A DNA stretch of 64,000 bases from the IMG/VR virus record IMGVR_UViG_3300042258_000071, positions 96,001 through 160,000 of that record; one strand, written 5' to 3'. Position 1 is the first letter of the stretch. Every line of letters begins with the position of its first letter. The position numbers and the translations under genes were made by a program. Of this stretch, positions 41,312-51,173 are shown piece after piece. The stretch is from a virus. Lineage: Duplodnaviria; Caudoviricetes. The notes beneath the pieces are model-generated. The model was given only the letters and a program-made list of their open reading frames with translations. It was not told where the DNA came from and searched no databases.

Positions 41312-42529
41312 ATGATGAATCAAGACCGTAGTCTTCAAAAGAAGTTCTTTTTGAAGAGATCATATGACTATGATCGACCTATTGGCCGACAACCCTATTT
41401 AATTGAAGATAATGTCATCGCTCCAGGGGTTCGGGTCAACCTATTTGACCTGTCACAATACGACAATCCTAACTATGACACTGAGAATTTGGATACTTGG
41501 GTGTCAGAGGGCGCTGCAGTTGAATCGATACTGGTCGAAGTGATACAAGCTTCTTCACCAGCTATTGTTGAGAAGTTCACAGTTCCGATGCCGATGGCGG
41601 CGGGGCCGTATGATGCCAGTCGATTCACAGCACCTGATAACCAGCAGGACTCTTCTGTTCGTATTGCAAAAGTGATGAATTTTCCAGTTCTCCTAATGCC
41701 TGGTATAATGCCTAGTAAATTTCAATCCAATGGTAGCCCGTCTGTCATCTTCGAAGATACTGACGAGTCTACATCCATTCATCTCTCGATCTCCTTCCAT
41801 GGGGACCTCGATCTGAAGACGGGTCATGTTTCCGGGTATCCGGAAGTTTCATCATGGGAGTGTTCCAAAAACCGAACGGAGACTAAGTCTATCATCTCAG
41901 TAAAAGCAATTGGATGGACAATCGCCGCCTATTACCTACCACCTACTTCTTCCACTGCCTTTCATGGACTTTTACAGCGTAATAACAAGAATACGCTGGG
42001 CCAAGATGTTGAAGTTATCAAAACACCTGATACCCCAAAGGAATCATTGGAAAACTCTGTGCATCAAAATGACTTGGCATTATCCGCATCACACCGGCGC
42101 ACCCAAATTTCAGAGGTGATAGAACATGTGATGGGACCTGTAGAATTTATGGGTTCAACCACGACAGATCAATACACTGAGGCGCAATATCTGTCCCCTG
42201 AGAGTTTGAAAGGAGCTGATACCTATCGTCGAAAAGAGGTCTTTGGTTTTACCATCAAAGCTCTCAAATCAGGGTCCCCTTATATGAAATGGGGGTATGT
42301 TGACACGTATGATACCTTCACCATTCGAGGAGATCGAATCGTCAGGGATTGTTGTAAAAACCGAGTCCTTCTTAAATACATATGGATCAGTTCTAACGAT
42401 GGTCTTAAAATTATGGAAGAGGGGTCTTTCATATCTATGAAAGAGGCCTATGAGCATCTTGCTAAGAAGCTGATGAGTCCAGAGTGCCAAGACATCGTTG
42501 AACATGCTTTGTATAAAATTCAGGATTAG
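41312..42529 (+). CDS. Hypothetical protein; N-half resembles an internal domain of the phiKZ-type major capsid protein
   Basis: APGVRVNLFDLSQ, SRFTAP..Q..VR, GDLDLKTG, IGWTIAAYY; GGAG RBS. Confidence 0.45.
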   Translation: MMNQDRSLQKKFFLKRSYDYDRPIGRQPYLIEDNVIAPGVRVNLFDLSQYDNPNYDTENLDTWVSEGAAVESILVEVIQASSPAIVEKFTVPMPMAAGPYDASRFTAPDNQQDSSVRIAKVMNFPVLLMPGIMPSKFQSNGSPSVIFEDTDESTSIHLSISFHGDLDLKTGHVSGYPEVSSWECSKNRTETKSIISVKAIGWTIAAYYLPPTSSTAFHGLLQRNNKNTLGQDVEVIKTPDTPKESLENSVHQNDLALSASHRRTQISEVIEHVMGPVEFMGSTTTDQYTEAQYLSPESLKGADTYRRKEVFGFTIKALKSGSPYMKWGYVDTYDTFTIRGDRIVRDCCKNRVLLKYIWISSNDGLKIMEEGSFISMKEAYEHLAKKLMSPECQDIVEHALYKIQD

Positions 42530-42598
42530 CAGCACGTGGTTTTCAAATAAAGAGGGTATTATCCCTCTTTATTTTTTTCCTCAATTAACATAGAAACA

Positions 42599-42613
42599 TA
42601 TATTACTAATATG
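42599..42613 (+). promoter_or_regulatory. Early promoter
   Basis: TATATTAC-taata-TG. Confidence 0.7.
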
Positions 42614-42661
42614 AAACTCACACTTTACAAAGAAGAATTTATAAGTAATTTGATTACAAGA

Positions 42662-42705
42662 TAACATAAGAGAGTGTGGAATAAAGTCCACACTCTCTTA
42701 TGTTA
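42662..42705. terminator. 19-bp-arm hairpin
   Basis: TAACATAAGAGAGTGTGGA-ATAAAG-TCCACACTCTCTTATGTTA. Confidence 0.65.
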
Positions 42706-42751
42706 CTTTAATGATAAAGCATAATAAAGTACCATCTAATGTCCTCTAAAA

Positions 42752-43933
42752 TTGGAGAAACCAATGCTACCACTGCCGATGTGCGCACATCCGCAACCAT
42801 GGACATATCTAGTAACCAATCTTGCAACTTCAGCACCCAATGTATCTATTCAGAACGATTCTGAGGTTTCAAAGTTTGTTCTTGAAGTTGCAGAAGATTA
42901 TACCCTTCCTGAAAAAGTGTATGGTACAATTCTACCCGATTCAGAGCGTATTATCAAGACATTCTTAGATCGTAAAGGTATCTCTACCGGGACACTCCTC
43001 ACAGGTGAGAAGGGTGGGGGGAAGACTCTTCTTATGAAAGCTATCAGTGTTATTGGACGACAATATAATCTCCCTACCTACATTATCAATAAACCTTATT
43101 CGGGAGACGCCTTTAATTCGTTTATACAGTCTCTCCCTTCAGGAATTATTAATATTGATGAATATGAGAAAGTTTATGGATCCCATGTTGCTCAAACAAA
43201 ACTTCTTACCATTTTAGATGGAATTATTAAAACCCATAAACTATGGATCTTTACCTGTAACGAGAAATATGCTGTCGATGGAAGAATGATCAATCGACCT
43301 GGTCGTCTTTATTATTATCGAGATTATTCTGGATTGTCTGAAGAAGAGATCATTGAATATTGTGATGATCAACTTAAAGATCTATCTCAAACAAAGGACA
43401 TTCTTGAAATAGCAGCTCTCTTTAAAGCCTTTACATTTGATATGGTAAAGAGTTTGGTGGAAGAAATGAACCGTTACGAGTTTACCGCTAAACGTGCTAT
43501 TGAGTTCTTAAATATTAAACCTGAAAATGCAGCTCAGGTTGAATACATTGTCTCTGTATTTACAGGGGATAAAACTCTTGAAGGTGGACAACTTAATGGA
43601 TCGACACGAATCCATGGCCACCCTAAATATTACAGGTCCCTGATTAACCTAAACTATCGGGGAGATGATAATACCTTAAAATCGATCACGATGATACCTT
43701 CAGAAGTCGGAATGAAAATCTCTGATGATGGGAAATGTTTATATGCTCAGGCAGCCACTGGTGAAGTTGTGATCTTTACAAAGAAAGATGTTCCAAAACC
43801 AGATCTTGTGAATATGGAGCGCGGGGACCTTTCACAGTTCACAGTCTCACAACAACTACAGAACACCCCTAGAGATGAGACCCTGCGACCGCAAGGGTTA
43901 TCACCTATGAATTTCCCATTTCAACAACTATGA
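42752..43933 (+). CDS. AAA+ ATPase
   Basis: Walker A GEKGGGKT, Walker B INIDEYEK, LLTILDG, sensor FTCN, arginine finger RPGR. Confidence 0.88.
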   Translation: MEKPMLPLPMCAHPQPWTYLVTNLATSAPNVSIQNDSEVSKFVLEVAEDYTLPEKVYGTILPDSERIIKTFLDRKGISTGTLLTGEKGGGKTLLMKAISVIGRQYNLPTYIINKPYSGDAFNSFIQSLPSGIINIDEYEKVYGSHVAQTKLLTILDGIIKTHKLWIFTCNEKYAVDGRMINRPGRLYYYRDYSGLSEEEIIEYCDDQLKDLSQTKDILEIAALFKAFTFDMVKSLVEEMNRYEFTAKRAIEFLNIKPENAAQVEYIVSVFTGDKTLEGGQLNGSTRIHGHPKYYRSLINLNYRGDDNTLKSITMIPSEVGMKISDDGKCLYAQAATGEVVIFTKKDVPKPDLVNMERGDLSQFTVSQQLQNTPRDETLRPQGLSPMNFPFQQL

Positions 43934-44089
43934 ATCGTGAGATGTTACTTTAGAATAAGAGTGGAGATATATTTCTCCCTCTTATTTTTTTTTGTCTCAT
44001 TTCAATTATGACGAAAATGTTATAGCATACTCCAGAGTTTTATTGGGGTACGTATTTTTTAAATAGTTTCCCATGGGGAGTCCCTTATC

Positions 44090-44911
44090 ATGAGCCTTGC
44101 ACTTGAAAAATCATTTGACACGATTTCTTTTGTAGTTGAAACCTTGATCGTCAGAAACGGTAAGAAGCTTAAACGTCTCACACCTGACGAACATGGTTAC
44201 TACGGCAATTTCCCAATTGCCGTTATTGGGGGTAAAACTCGAAACGACACGTTTTATGAAGCTCCTGAATTTTTATCTCAAATTCAATCTGAAAAATCAT
44301 ATTTTAACATGATGCTTCGCGATGGAACTCTTTATGGTGAATTGGGCCATCCAAAACTCGACAACATGAGCCATCAAGAGCAGCTCAACCGACTCGTGCA
44401 CATTGATGAAAGTCGCGTGTCTCACCATTTTCGTAAAGTTACCAATGGAGAAAAACTTTCCTCAGGTGGAACTATAGTACTTGCAGATATTAAACCCCAT
44501 GGTGAGAAGGGATATGTTGTTAAAGAAAATTTGTCTGAACCTTATATGAACACATCATTTTCTCTTCGATCCATTACCCAGGATCGTCAAGACCCATCGG
44601 GTGTTCTTTATCGCAAGATGCGCAAACTCATAACGTTCGACTATGTTCTTGCTGGTGGGTATGAAGAAGCTTCTAAGAGATACATAGTTGGGAATGAAGG
44701 TGTTCGGATTAAGCTTGATCCTGCAAACGATATTGCCCTTCTTCAGGAAGTTGCTTTAGAACATTTTACGATGAAAGAACTCTCTGATATCTTTGGAACC
44801 AAACAGGTTCTACTCCATAAACGCCAAGTTACAGTGATCAAAGGGTCCGGGTTGTTTAAAGAGAATGGTGAGAATATGGCTCGATCCATCTACCATGAAC
44901 TTATTAAGTAA
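44090..44911 (+). CDS. Prohead (head maturation) protease, phiKZ gp175-like (peptidase S80)
   Basis: LYGELGHP, VSHHF, KPHG, TSFSLRS, ITFDYV. Confidence 0.85.
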   Translation: MSLALEKSFDTISFVVETLIVRNGKKLKRLTPDEHGYYGNFPIAVIGGKTRNDTFYEAPEFLSQIQSEKSYFNMMLRDGTLYGELGHPKLDNMSHQEQLNRLVHIDESRVSHHFRKVTNGEKLSSGGTIVLADIKPHGEKGYVVKENLSEPYMNTSFSLRSITQDRQDPSGVLYRKMRKLITFDYVLAGGYEEASKRYIVGNEGVRIKLDPANDIALLQEVALEHFTMKELSDIFGTKQVLLHKRQVTVIKGSGLFKENGENMARSIYHELIK

Positions 44912-44920
44912 GGAACAAAC

Positions 44921-45637
44921 ATGTTTGAACATTTAAATATGACCACTGACAGTCTTCTCACTGTAGGGGTTGAATCGTGTGATGCGCCCGTCCCTGATGA
45001 GGTGTGTGATACCGAGGATAATGATAAAAATATAAAAGTCGAGTATGGGGTGATTGAAGTCCCATTCCCGACACTTGCAACTCGAAACATTCACATCGCC
45101 GAACGTGTCGAGAACGATGTCGTTAAAAGTTACATGGTATATCTTGGTGATCTTATCGGATGCACCCCTGAAAATGATGAAATCGTTAATCACGTATGTT
45201 CTATTCTCGACATGGCCGTACCTGGTCTAACCGTTGATATTGTCATTAACACGTATGGCGGATCTCTCATCTCGGCGTCTCGTCTCGTATCTGCTATGCG
45301 TAACACTCAGGCAAATGTTACCACGATTGCACTTGGAAATGTCATGAGCGCAGGGACGTACATTTGGGCGAACGGGAAGAACAAAGTAGTCTACCCATCT
45401 TCTATATTTATGTTCCACAGTAGCTCCCATGGATCCTATGGGTTCACTGACATGATCGCAGAGACATCTGTCATCATAACTGAGTATTGCATTAAACACA
45501 CAATTGATCCGCTTGTAGAGTCTGGTATTCTTCTTAAAGACGAAAAGGATATGATTATGTCAGGTGAAGACTTTGTCCTCTCTGGGGTTATCGTTAATCA
45601 ACGTCTTTCTAAACCCACTTCTGAAGATAAGGAATAA
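44921..45637 (+). CDS. ClpP-like serine protease
   Basis: INTYGGSL, catalytic Ser in VMSAGT, catalytic His in FMFH. Confidence 0.8.
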   Translation: MFEHLNMTTDSLLTVGVESCDAPVPDEVCDTEDNDKNIKVEYGVIEVPFPTLATRNIHIAERVENDVVKSYMVYLGDLIGCTPENDEIVNHVCSILDMAVPGLTVDIVINTYGGSLISASRLVSAMRNTQANVTTIALGNVMSAGTYIWANGKNKVVYPSSIFMFHSSSHGSYGFTDMIAETSVIITEYCIKHTIDPLVESGILLKDEKDMIMSGEDFVLSGVIVNQRLSKPTSEDKE

Positions 45638-45642
45638 TTATT

Positions 45643-46383
45643 ATGTCAAGTGTTCCAACAAATTTTGCAGTCGTGGATGCCGAAGGAAATGTCTCCTATG
45701 AGCATCTTGCTGTACCATCTGAAGATAAAAATATTCTCTTTGGAATTATGGGTGCAACTTCTAAGGAAGGTTTTGGTACAGAATCTTTTGCAGAACAAGT
45801 TGCAAATATTCGTGCATCTAAAGGTGGCGAAGGATCAAATTCTTACGCTCATTCTGTCCGTATTCATTATGTGAACGACGTTTATCACATTTATGGTAAT
45901 ATCTTTGAATTTGACAGTTTCATGGGGGTTGGGTCTCCCTTCATTGTGTGGATGCACGAACGCACAGATGCTGATACAGTTATTCTTCATCTATCCGACT
46001 GTCTTTCTAATGTAGGAGGGTCGTCTGCATATAGCATCATGCAGTATGTTGGTGTGATGGGTGCTATTGTATCTTCGAAAGCTAAAACCATTTTCTCAGT
46101 GGATTCCCTCACAGGGGGTCTTGGTACCTACTTTGCATTTTGCTGTGACGAAATAGATTATCGTCCAGAAGGTCAGTTGGCGTTCCTCCCGACGCGCGCC
46201 ATTAAGAGAGATGGTTACACTCAAGCTGTTAAATCTTTTGTAGATCACATTCTCAAAGGTGCTGTATCAAAAGGCTTCATCACTCAAGAAGATGTGGATA
46301 AAGTTTGTGGTGGCGTTACATGCATTCTTGTTTCTCTTCCTAAAGAAAACACTTCTGAAGATCCCGCATCTTTGACTGGATGA
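45643..46383 (+). CDS. ClpP/crotonase-fold paralog, predicted catalytically inactive
   Basis: DTVILHLS...GG, AIVSSKAKT, LTGGLGTYFAFCCD align with the ClpP core but lack the Ser and His. Confidence 0.55.
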   Translation: MSSVPTNFAVVDAEGNVSYEHLAVPSEDKNILFGIMGATSKEGFGTESFAEQVANIRASKGGEGSNSYAHSVRIHYVNDVYHIYGNIFEFDSFMGVGSPFIVWMHERTDADTVILHLSDCLSNVGGSSAYSIMQYVGVMGAIVSSKAKTIFSVDSLTGGLGTYFAFCCDEIDYRPEGQLAFLPTRAIKRDGYTQAVKSFVDHILKGAVSKGFITQEDVDKVCGGVTCILVSLPKENTSEDPASLTG

Positions 46384-46391
46384 TTTAAAAA

Positions 46392-46427
46392 ATATAAGAG
46401 AGGTGGGATCTCCCACCTCTCTTATAT
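46392..46427. terminator. Inverted-repeat terminator
   Basis: ATATAAGAGAGGTGGGA-TC-TCCCACCTCTCTTATAT. Confidence 0.8.
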
Positions 46428-46513
46428 CTATATATCGTGTTGCTCATATAAATACAGATATATATTCCTATCATGATCTTGCTTAAGCATCGTTATCATT
46501 TAGGGGATCTAAA

Positions 46514-46726
46514 ATGAAATGTGAAGCATTCGCTCTCACAGCGTGTATCATAGCACTTGGTGCCAGCTCGCTGATGCGCATGTGTGCACAGAAGATGGAA
46601 CAAGAGCTCATCTTCGATGCAGAGAAGGAAGGGAAAGGTCTGGTCAAGATCGGTAATGAGGATCGGACCGGTATCTTCATGTCACTTGTTGACGTGGACA
46701 TCATCGACGATACTAACGCCGCGTGA
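46514..46726 (+). CDS. Small protein with N-terminal hydrophobic segment
   Basis: AGGGG RBS; follows promoter variant TATATTCC-tatca-TG at 46461. Confidence 0.55.
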   Translation: MKCEAFALTACIIALGASSLMRMCAQKMEQELIFDAEKEGKGLVKIGNEDRTGIFMSLVDVDIIDDTNAA

Positions 46727-46768
46727 ACCAACCTTTTTCATACCTCAGATTAAAAGAGAGGCTTTAAA

Positions 46769-47050
46769 ATGCGTATCCTTCCAACCCTGCTCATCGGCCT
46801 GTCCGCAACCTTCCTTGTTATGGAGAGTAAATCTTTCCTCAACAAGAAGAAAACCTATGATGCCCTTCGCAAGCAACTCTGGGATGACGACCCAGAAACT
46901 GAAGGTGAAGTCGTAGAGTTTTCTGCACATCACACGAAAACCGATGACACCTTCGAGGCGAAAGGGCCATCACCCCACATGGGAAGTCACGTCGTCCGCA
47001 GAGATTATTCTGATGGCCCTGAACCTTACCCGATTAGTGAGAGCACCTGA
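46769..47050 (+). CDS. Small protein with N-terminal signal/TM segment
   Basis: GAGG RBS; ends at hairpin 47058-47081. Confidence 0.6.
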   Translation: MRILPTLLIGLSATFLVMESKSFLNKKKTYDALRKQLWDDDPETEGEVVEFSAHHTKTDDTFEAKGPSPHMGSHVVRRDYSDGPEPYPISEST

Positions 47051-47220
47051 CCCATACACCCAGAGGTATCATCCTCTGGGTACTCTTCTCTAAATGTTTT
47101 ATTTTTTGTATAAAAAGTCTACATATGGTCACATATTTTATGTGAGATACTGCCAATTTAGGTAGGTTCAGGTAGAGATACGTATATGGATTTTTTAAGA
47201 GTATTAGAAGGTGTTTATAA

Positions 47221-49818
47221 ATGATATTTTACAGATCAGATTGGACAGATGTAAATGGTGTTCCACAGGCAATGGCTGATCTTGGAACCCGTAATACTTC
47301 CTTTAGAAGATTAGCCCTTCTCTATCGCAAGCTTGGTATTAAAAATGATCGATTCCACCTCGCTCTTACACAACCAAGTATTGCAAAATATGACCCGCAT
47401 AATCTAACAGATCCGTCCATTGAATTGCGCATGAAGATTGCACATGAAGCATCTATCAACCCTTGGTATTATTTAAGGGAAGTTGTTAGGATTGGGGAGT
47501 CTGGTGGTAACCCTTCTTCGTTCCAAGCACACCGTGCAAATATCGCTATGGCGTGGTGTTTCTATCAGAGTATTGATTATATTGCCATTCAAGCACGTCA
47601 GACGGGTAAAGAACAACCTCTTAGATCAAAACTTAAGACCCCTACAGGGTGGTTGCATATGGGGGATGTTCGAGTAGGATCTGTTCTCCTAGCACCAGAT
47701 GGTACTTCGACTCAAGTTACTGAAGTCTTCCCTCAAGGTGTTAAAAACATCTATCGTATCACTTTTGAGGATGGTCGTACTGCAGAATGTGGCGAAGACC
47801 ATTTATGGGATGTTTATGATCAGAACCTTTCACCAAACACAGTAAACTGGGAAACCATCTCTTTAAAAGATATTCTAACACGATTTAAAATAAGTAGAGA
47901 AGGTCTTTATATTCCCCGTGCGATTTGGGATACACCGTCTCAAAACTTTATGTTACAAATAAAATCTATTAGACTTATTAGTCAAGAAGAAGCTCAATGC
48001 ATTACTGTTGATCATCCTTCTAATTTATATGTAACAGATAATGAAATCGTAACACATAATACAATTGGGGCTATTACCATTGAATCTCACTTGATTTATC
48101 TTGCTGGGAGAAACATGGAAATTGCTATGATCACAAAAGACAGTGGTCTTCTTCAAGCAAACGTTTCTCGTCTTAAAGGGATTCGAGATGAGCTCCCTGA
48201 ATGGATGATTTTTAAACAGTCTAAGGACTCTGATAATAAAGAAGGTGTCATCTATTCTAAGCTTAACAACATTTACAGTACACACATCGGAAATATGTCA
48301 CCACGGGCAGCGGATAAGGTAGGTCGTGGTCTTTCAGTTCCTGACATTCACTATGACGAACCTCCGTGGATCAATAATTTTAAAGTCATTTGGGATGCCG
48401 CTAAACCTGCTATGAGTAAAGCAGGAGAGAATGCTAGAAAGAACGGCATGCCCAGTGCAACTATCTTAACAACAACGGCCTCGAGGATCGATACACCTGA
48501 AGGGTCATTTACATATGAACTTGTTCAAGGCGCCATGCCTTTCTCTGAAAAACTCTATGATCAAGAAAATCACGAACAGACACGAAGTGTTATTAATAAT
48601 AACTCTGTCAATGGCATGGTTAATGGAACGTTTAGTTATCTTCAACTCGGTAAAACACATGCCTGGTTTATTCAAGAGACTAAGAACATTGCAAATAAAT
48701 CTTCTGTAGATCATGATTATTTAAATATGTGGAAAACCGGCGTTCATGATTCCGCCCTATCAGATAGAGATATTAAGAGACTCAAATCTGAAGAAGGGGA
48801 ACCAGTTTATGTACAGATCACCCCAGAGGGTCTTGCGATTTCATGGTATATCACTGAAGAAGAGGTTACTAGCACATCTTTTAAAAATCGTAAGATTATC
48901 TGGGGCACAGACTCTTCTCAGAATGTTGGTGTGGATTTTACAACCTTTGTAGGTGTTGATACTAAAACCCTTAAAACTGTTGGAACCTTTAGGTGTAACA
49001 CTTCTCGTATTTTAAGTATAGCTTTTTTCATCGGATTCTTCCTTGTTAATAATCCAGGGCACACCTGGATCCCTGAAGCTAAAAGTACAGGGTCGGTTAT
49101 GATAGAGACTGTCTGTGAGATCCTTAAGAAACATGGAATTAACCCTTTCACCAGGATCTTTAACTACATCATTCAGCGTTCTAATGAAGAGACTTTTGGT
49201 AAGATAGATATCACAGATATGTCACATCTTGAAACCTCTGTTCGAAAGTATATGGGATTCATGACGTCAGGTCGGACACGTCCATATCTTTTTGGGAAGA
49301 TCTTAAGTCAGGCGGTCCGTCTTGCTGCTGAAAAGGTTTTTGATAGAACCATCGTCATGGAGCTCTCTGGTCTAAGTGTTCGAAATGGACGTATAGATCA
49401 TGATAAGGGTAGCCATGATGATTCAGCTGTGGCATGGCTCTTATGCTTTTGGTTTATTTTTGAAGGTAAACATCTTCATAAATACGGTTTTAAAGAAGAT
49501 GACATTATCTCTCTAGATCTCATTGATGATGAGGGTAAAAGCTTAGACCCCGAGTATGTTGCCCATCAGAAGTCCTTACGATCTCAAATTCATCATTATG
49601 AAAAACTTATTTCAGAAACAAGTTCCCCTATGATTAAACAAAAATATAGCCAGATCATATCCGATCTTAAAGAAAATCTAGATGATGCTATGACAGAGGA
49701 AGTCATTTCAGTAAACAAAGTTTCAAAATCTATTTCAAATGCAAAATCTCCACAGACCGTAGAACGTGAGAGAGAGTTTCATTCTAAAGCATTTGAGTAT
49801 ATAAACCTGTTAAGTTAA
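47221..49818 (+). CDS. terL: Terminase large subunit (phiKZ gp25-like) containing an intein
   Basis: NPWYYLRE, Walker A ARQTGK|T, GRG, Walker B HYDE, TTTA, nuclease GTDSS, PEAKSTG, RIDH..GSHDD. Confidence 0.92.
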   Translation: MIFYRSDWTDVNGVPQAMADLGTRNTSFRRLALLYRKLGIKNDRFHLALTQPSIAKYDPHNLTDPSIELRMKIAHEASINPWYYLREVVRIGESGGNPSSFQAHRANIAMAWCFYQSIDYIAIQARQTGKEQPLRSKLKTPTGWLHMGDVRVGSVLLAPDGTSTQVTEVFPQGVKNIYRITFEDGRTAECGEDHLWDVYDQNLSPNTVNWETISLKDILTRFKISREGLYIPRAIWDTPSQNFMLQIKSIRLISQEEAQCITVDHPSNLYVTDNEIVTHNTIGAITIESHLIYLAGRNMEIAMITKDSGLLQANVSRLKGIRDELPEWMIFKQSKDSDNKEGVIYSKLNNIYSTHIGNMSPRAADKVGRGLSVPDIHYDEPPWINNFKVIWDAAKPAMSKAGENARKNGMPSATILTTTASRIDTPEGSFTYELVQGAMPFSEKLYDQENHEQTRSVINNNSVNGMVNGTFSYLQLGKTHAWFIQETKNIANKSSVDHDYLNMWKTGVHDSALSDRDIKRLKSEEGEPVYVQITPEGLAISWYITEEEVTSTSFKNRKIIWGTDSSQNVGVDFTTFVGVDTKTLKTVGTFRCNTSRILSIAFFIGFFLVNNPGHTWIPEAKSTGSVMIETVCEILKKHGINPFTRIFNYIIQRSNEETFGKIDITDMSHLETSVRKYMGFMTSGRTRPYLFGKILSQAVRLAAEKVFDRTIVMELSGLSVRNGRIDHDKGSHDDSAVAWLLCFWFIFEGKHLHKYGFKEDDIISLDLIDDEGKSLDPEYVAHQKSLRSQIHHYEKLISETSSPMIKQKYSQIISDLKENLDDAMTEEVISVNKVSKSISNAKSPQTVEREREFHSKAFEYINLLS
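47611..48060 (+). mobile_element. Class 3 mini-intein (150 aa, no endonuclease)
   Basis: Starts EQPLRSKLKTPTGW; block B CGEDHLW; block F AQCITV; ends IVTHN|T; W-C-T triplet present. Confidence 0.9.
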
Positions 49819-49828
49819 AGGTAGGTCC

Positions 49829-51100
49829 ATGTCAGCCCATATTCGAAATCGATTTCAAGAACTTGGGATCATCATTGGTCCTAAGGAGATAGAGGGGATG
49901 TTTAAGATTGTTACAAATTTTGAACTAAGATCCACACATCCCCTCGCATTAAACTCCCCACTCATTGGGGTGTATGCCATTTCTTTTATTGACAACATTG
50001 ACGCACGTGCAATGTTTGATCTCTTTAAAGTAAGAGAAGATGACCTTAGACGGATGATTAAGGAGATCCCGTCTATAGACAATTCCTTTCGCGTATTTTC
50101 AGATCCGTTCAATCTTTTATGCATATGGGTTGTACATCTAGGACTCATCACAATTAAAAACCCGACACAACGAGAAGAATTCTGTCTTAATGTTTTAAAA
50201 CTTCTAAATTATAAATTTTTTACAGGGATCGTTAATAGAGCTTTTAAATATCTTGCAGATGAAAAAGTCATGGCAGCAACTCTAGATGGACTATCTCGAA
50301 AATCTAAAATTAAAGTATATGGCACTTGGAAAAAGCTTATTGAAGCAAGATGTAAATCTATTTTGTCCTATGACAAGCATTATAAAGCCCTCATAGATGC
50401 TGCTCCTGATATAGGCTCTCCCAACAAACCCGCTAGTCTCCAATACGTCTTAACGGATACTCGCACACGCATGGTTGATCGGGTTAAAAATGTTACAGAT
50501 GCGTTTTATCAGACACGTGTATCAGGATCTGTGATTAAGAGTACGAGTTCAACACGAGGTGTTGGGGATGAAAAGTATATTGTAGAAATTAATTCAACCA
50601 TCGAATCTATGGTAGTAGGAATTGTATCTCAACTTAATAATGCCAACTCGTTCTTAGATTACAATCTCATACGGACTGTTACGAAACAGTATCGAGCGGT
50701 ATCTTCTGATAACCTTAAAAAGATTTTAACACAAATGACACTTTTATATAGAGATCAAATTTTAAATAAGACTCTAGATACACCCCTCATTGTTAAAGCC
50801 GATAAGACTGATGTTGGTATTAGAATCTTGATTAAAGACATCATTCAAAATGGATTTAGATATAGCGTAACAAATGGTGTCTCCCCTAATGATTTTAGGG
50901 CAACTTATTTCAAAATCATTGATGGGTATTCATCTTCGCGTATTGCAGATGAGGGGATTAAAAGTGTTAGAGACCGACTTATTATTCTGGTTGATAATGT
51001 AACACATATCACACGTGAGAATACGAAGTCTTCCTTTAGACTTGCAATCATCAGTTACATCATTTTAAAATCGATATCCTTAAGTAAGTCCTTTGACTAA
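49829..51100 (+). CDS. Virion structural protein (phiKZ gp32-like)
   Basis: LIGV, VFSDPFNL, YKFFT, IKVYGTW, YSSSR. Confidence 0.55.
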   Translation: MSAHIRNRFQELGIIIGPKEIEGMFKIVTNFELRSTHPLALNSPLIGVYAISFIDNIDARAMFDLFKVREDDLRRMIKEIPSIDNSFRVFSDPFNLLCIWVVHLGLITIKNPTQREEFCLNVLKLLNYKFFTGIVNRAFKYLADEKVMAATLDGLSRKSKIKVYGTWKKLIEARCKSILSYDKHYKALIDAAPDIGSPNKPASLQYVLTDTRTRMVDRVKNVTDAFYQTRVSGSVIKSTSSTRGVGDEKYIVEINSTIESMVVGIVSQLNNANSFLDYNLIRTVTKQYRAVSSDNLKKILTQMTLLYRDQILNKTLDTPLIVKADKTDVGIRILIKDIIQNGFRYSVTNGVSPNDFRATYFKIIDGYSSSRIADEGIKSVRDRLIILVDNVTHITRENTKSSFRLAIISYIILKSISLSKSFD

Positions 51101-51110
51101 CAGATACATG

Positions 51111-51140
51111 AGAGAGAGGTGGGATATCCCACCTCTCTCT
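51111..51140. terminator. 30-bp perfect palindrome, bidirectional terminator
   Basis: AGAGAGAGGTGGGATATCCCACCTCTCTCT. Confidence 0.85.
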
Positions 51141-51173
51141 ATGATCATACGACTTGAACATCTATATTACTTT

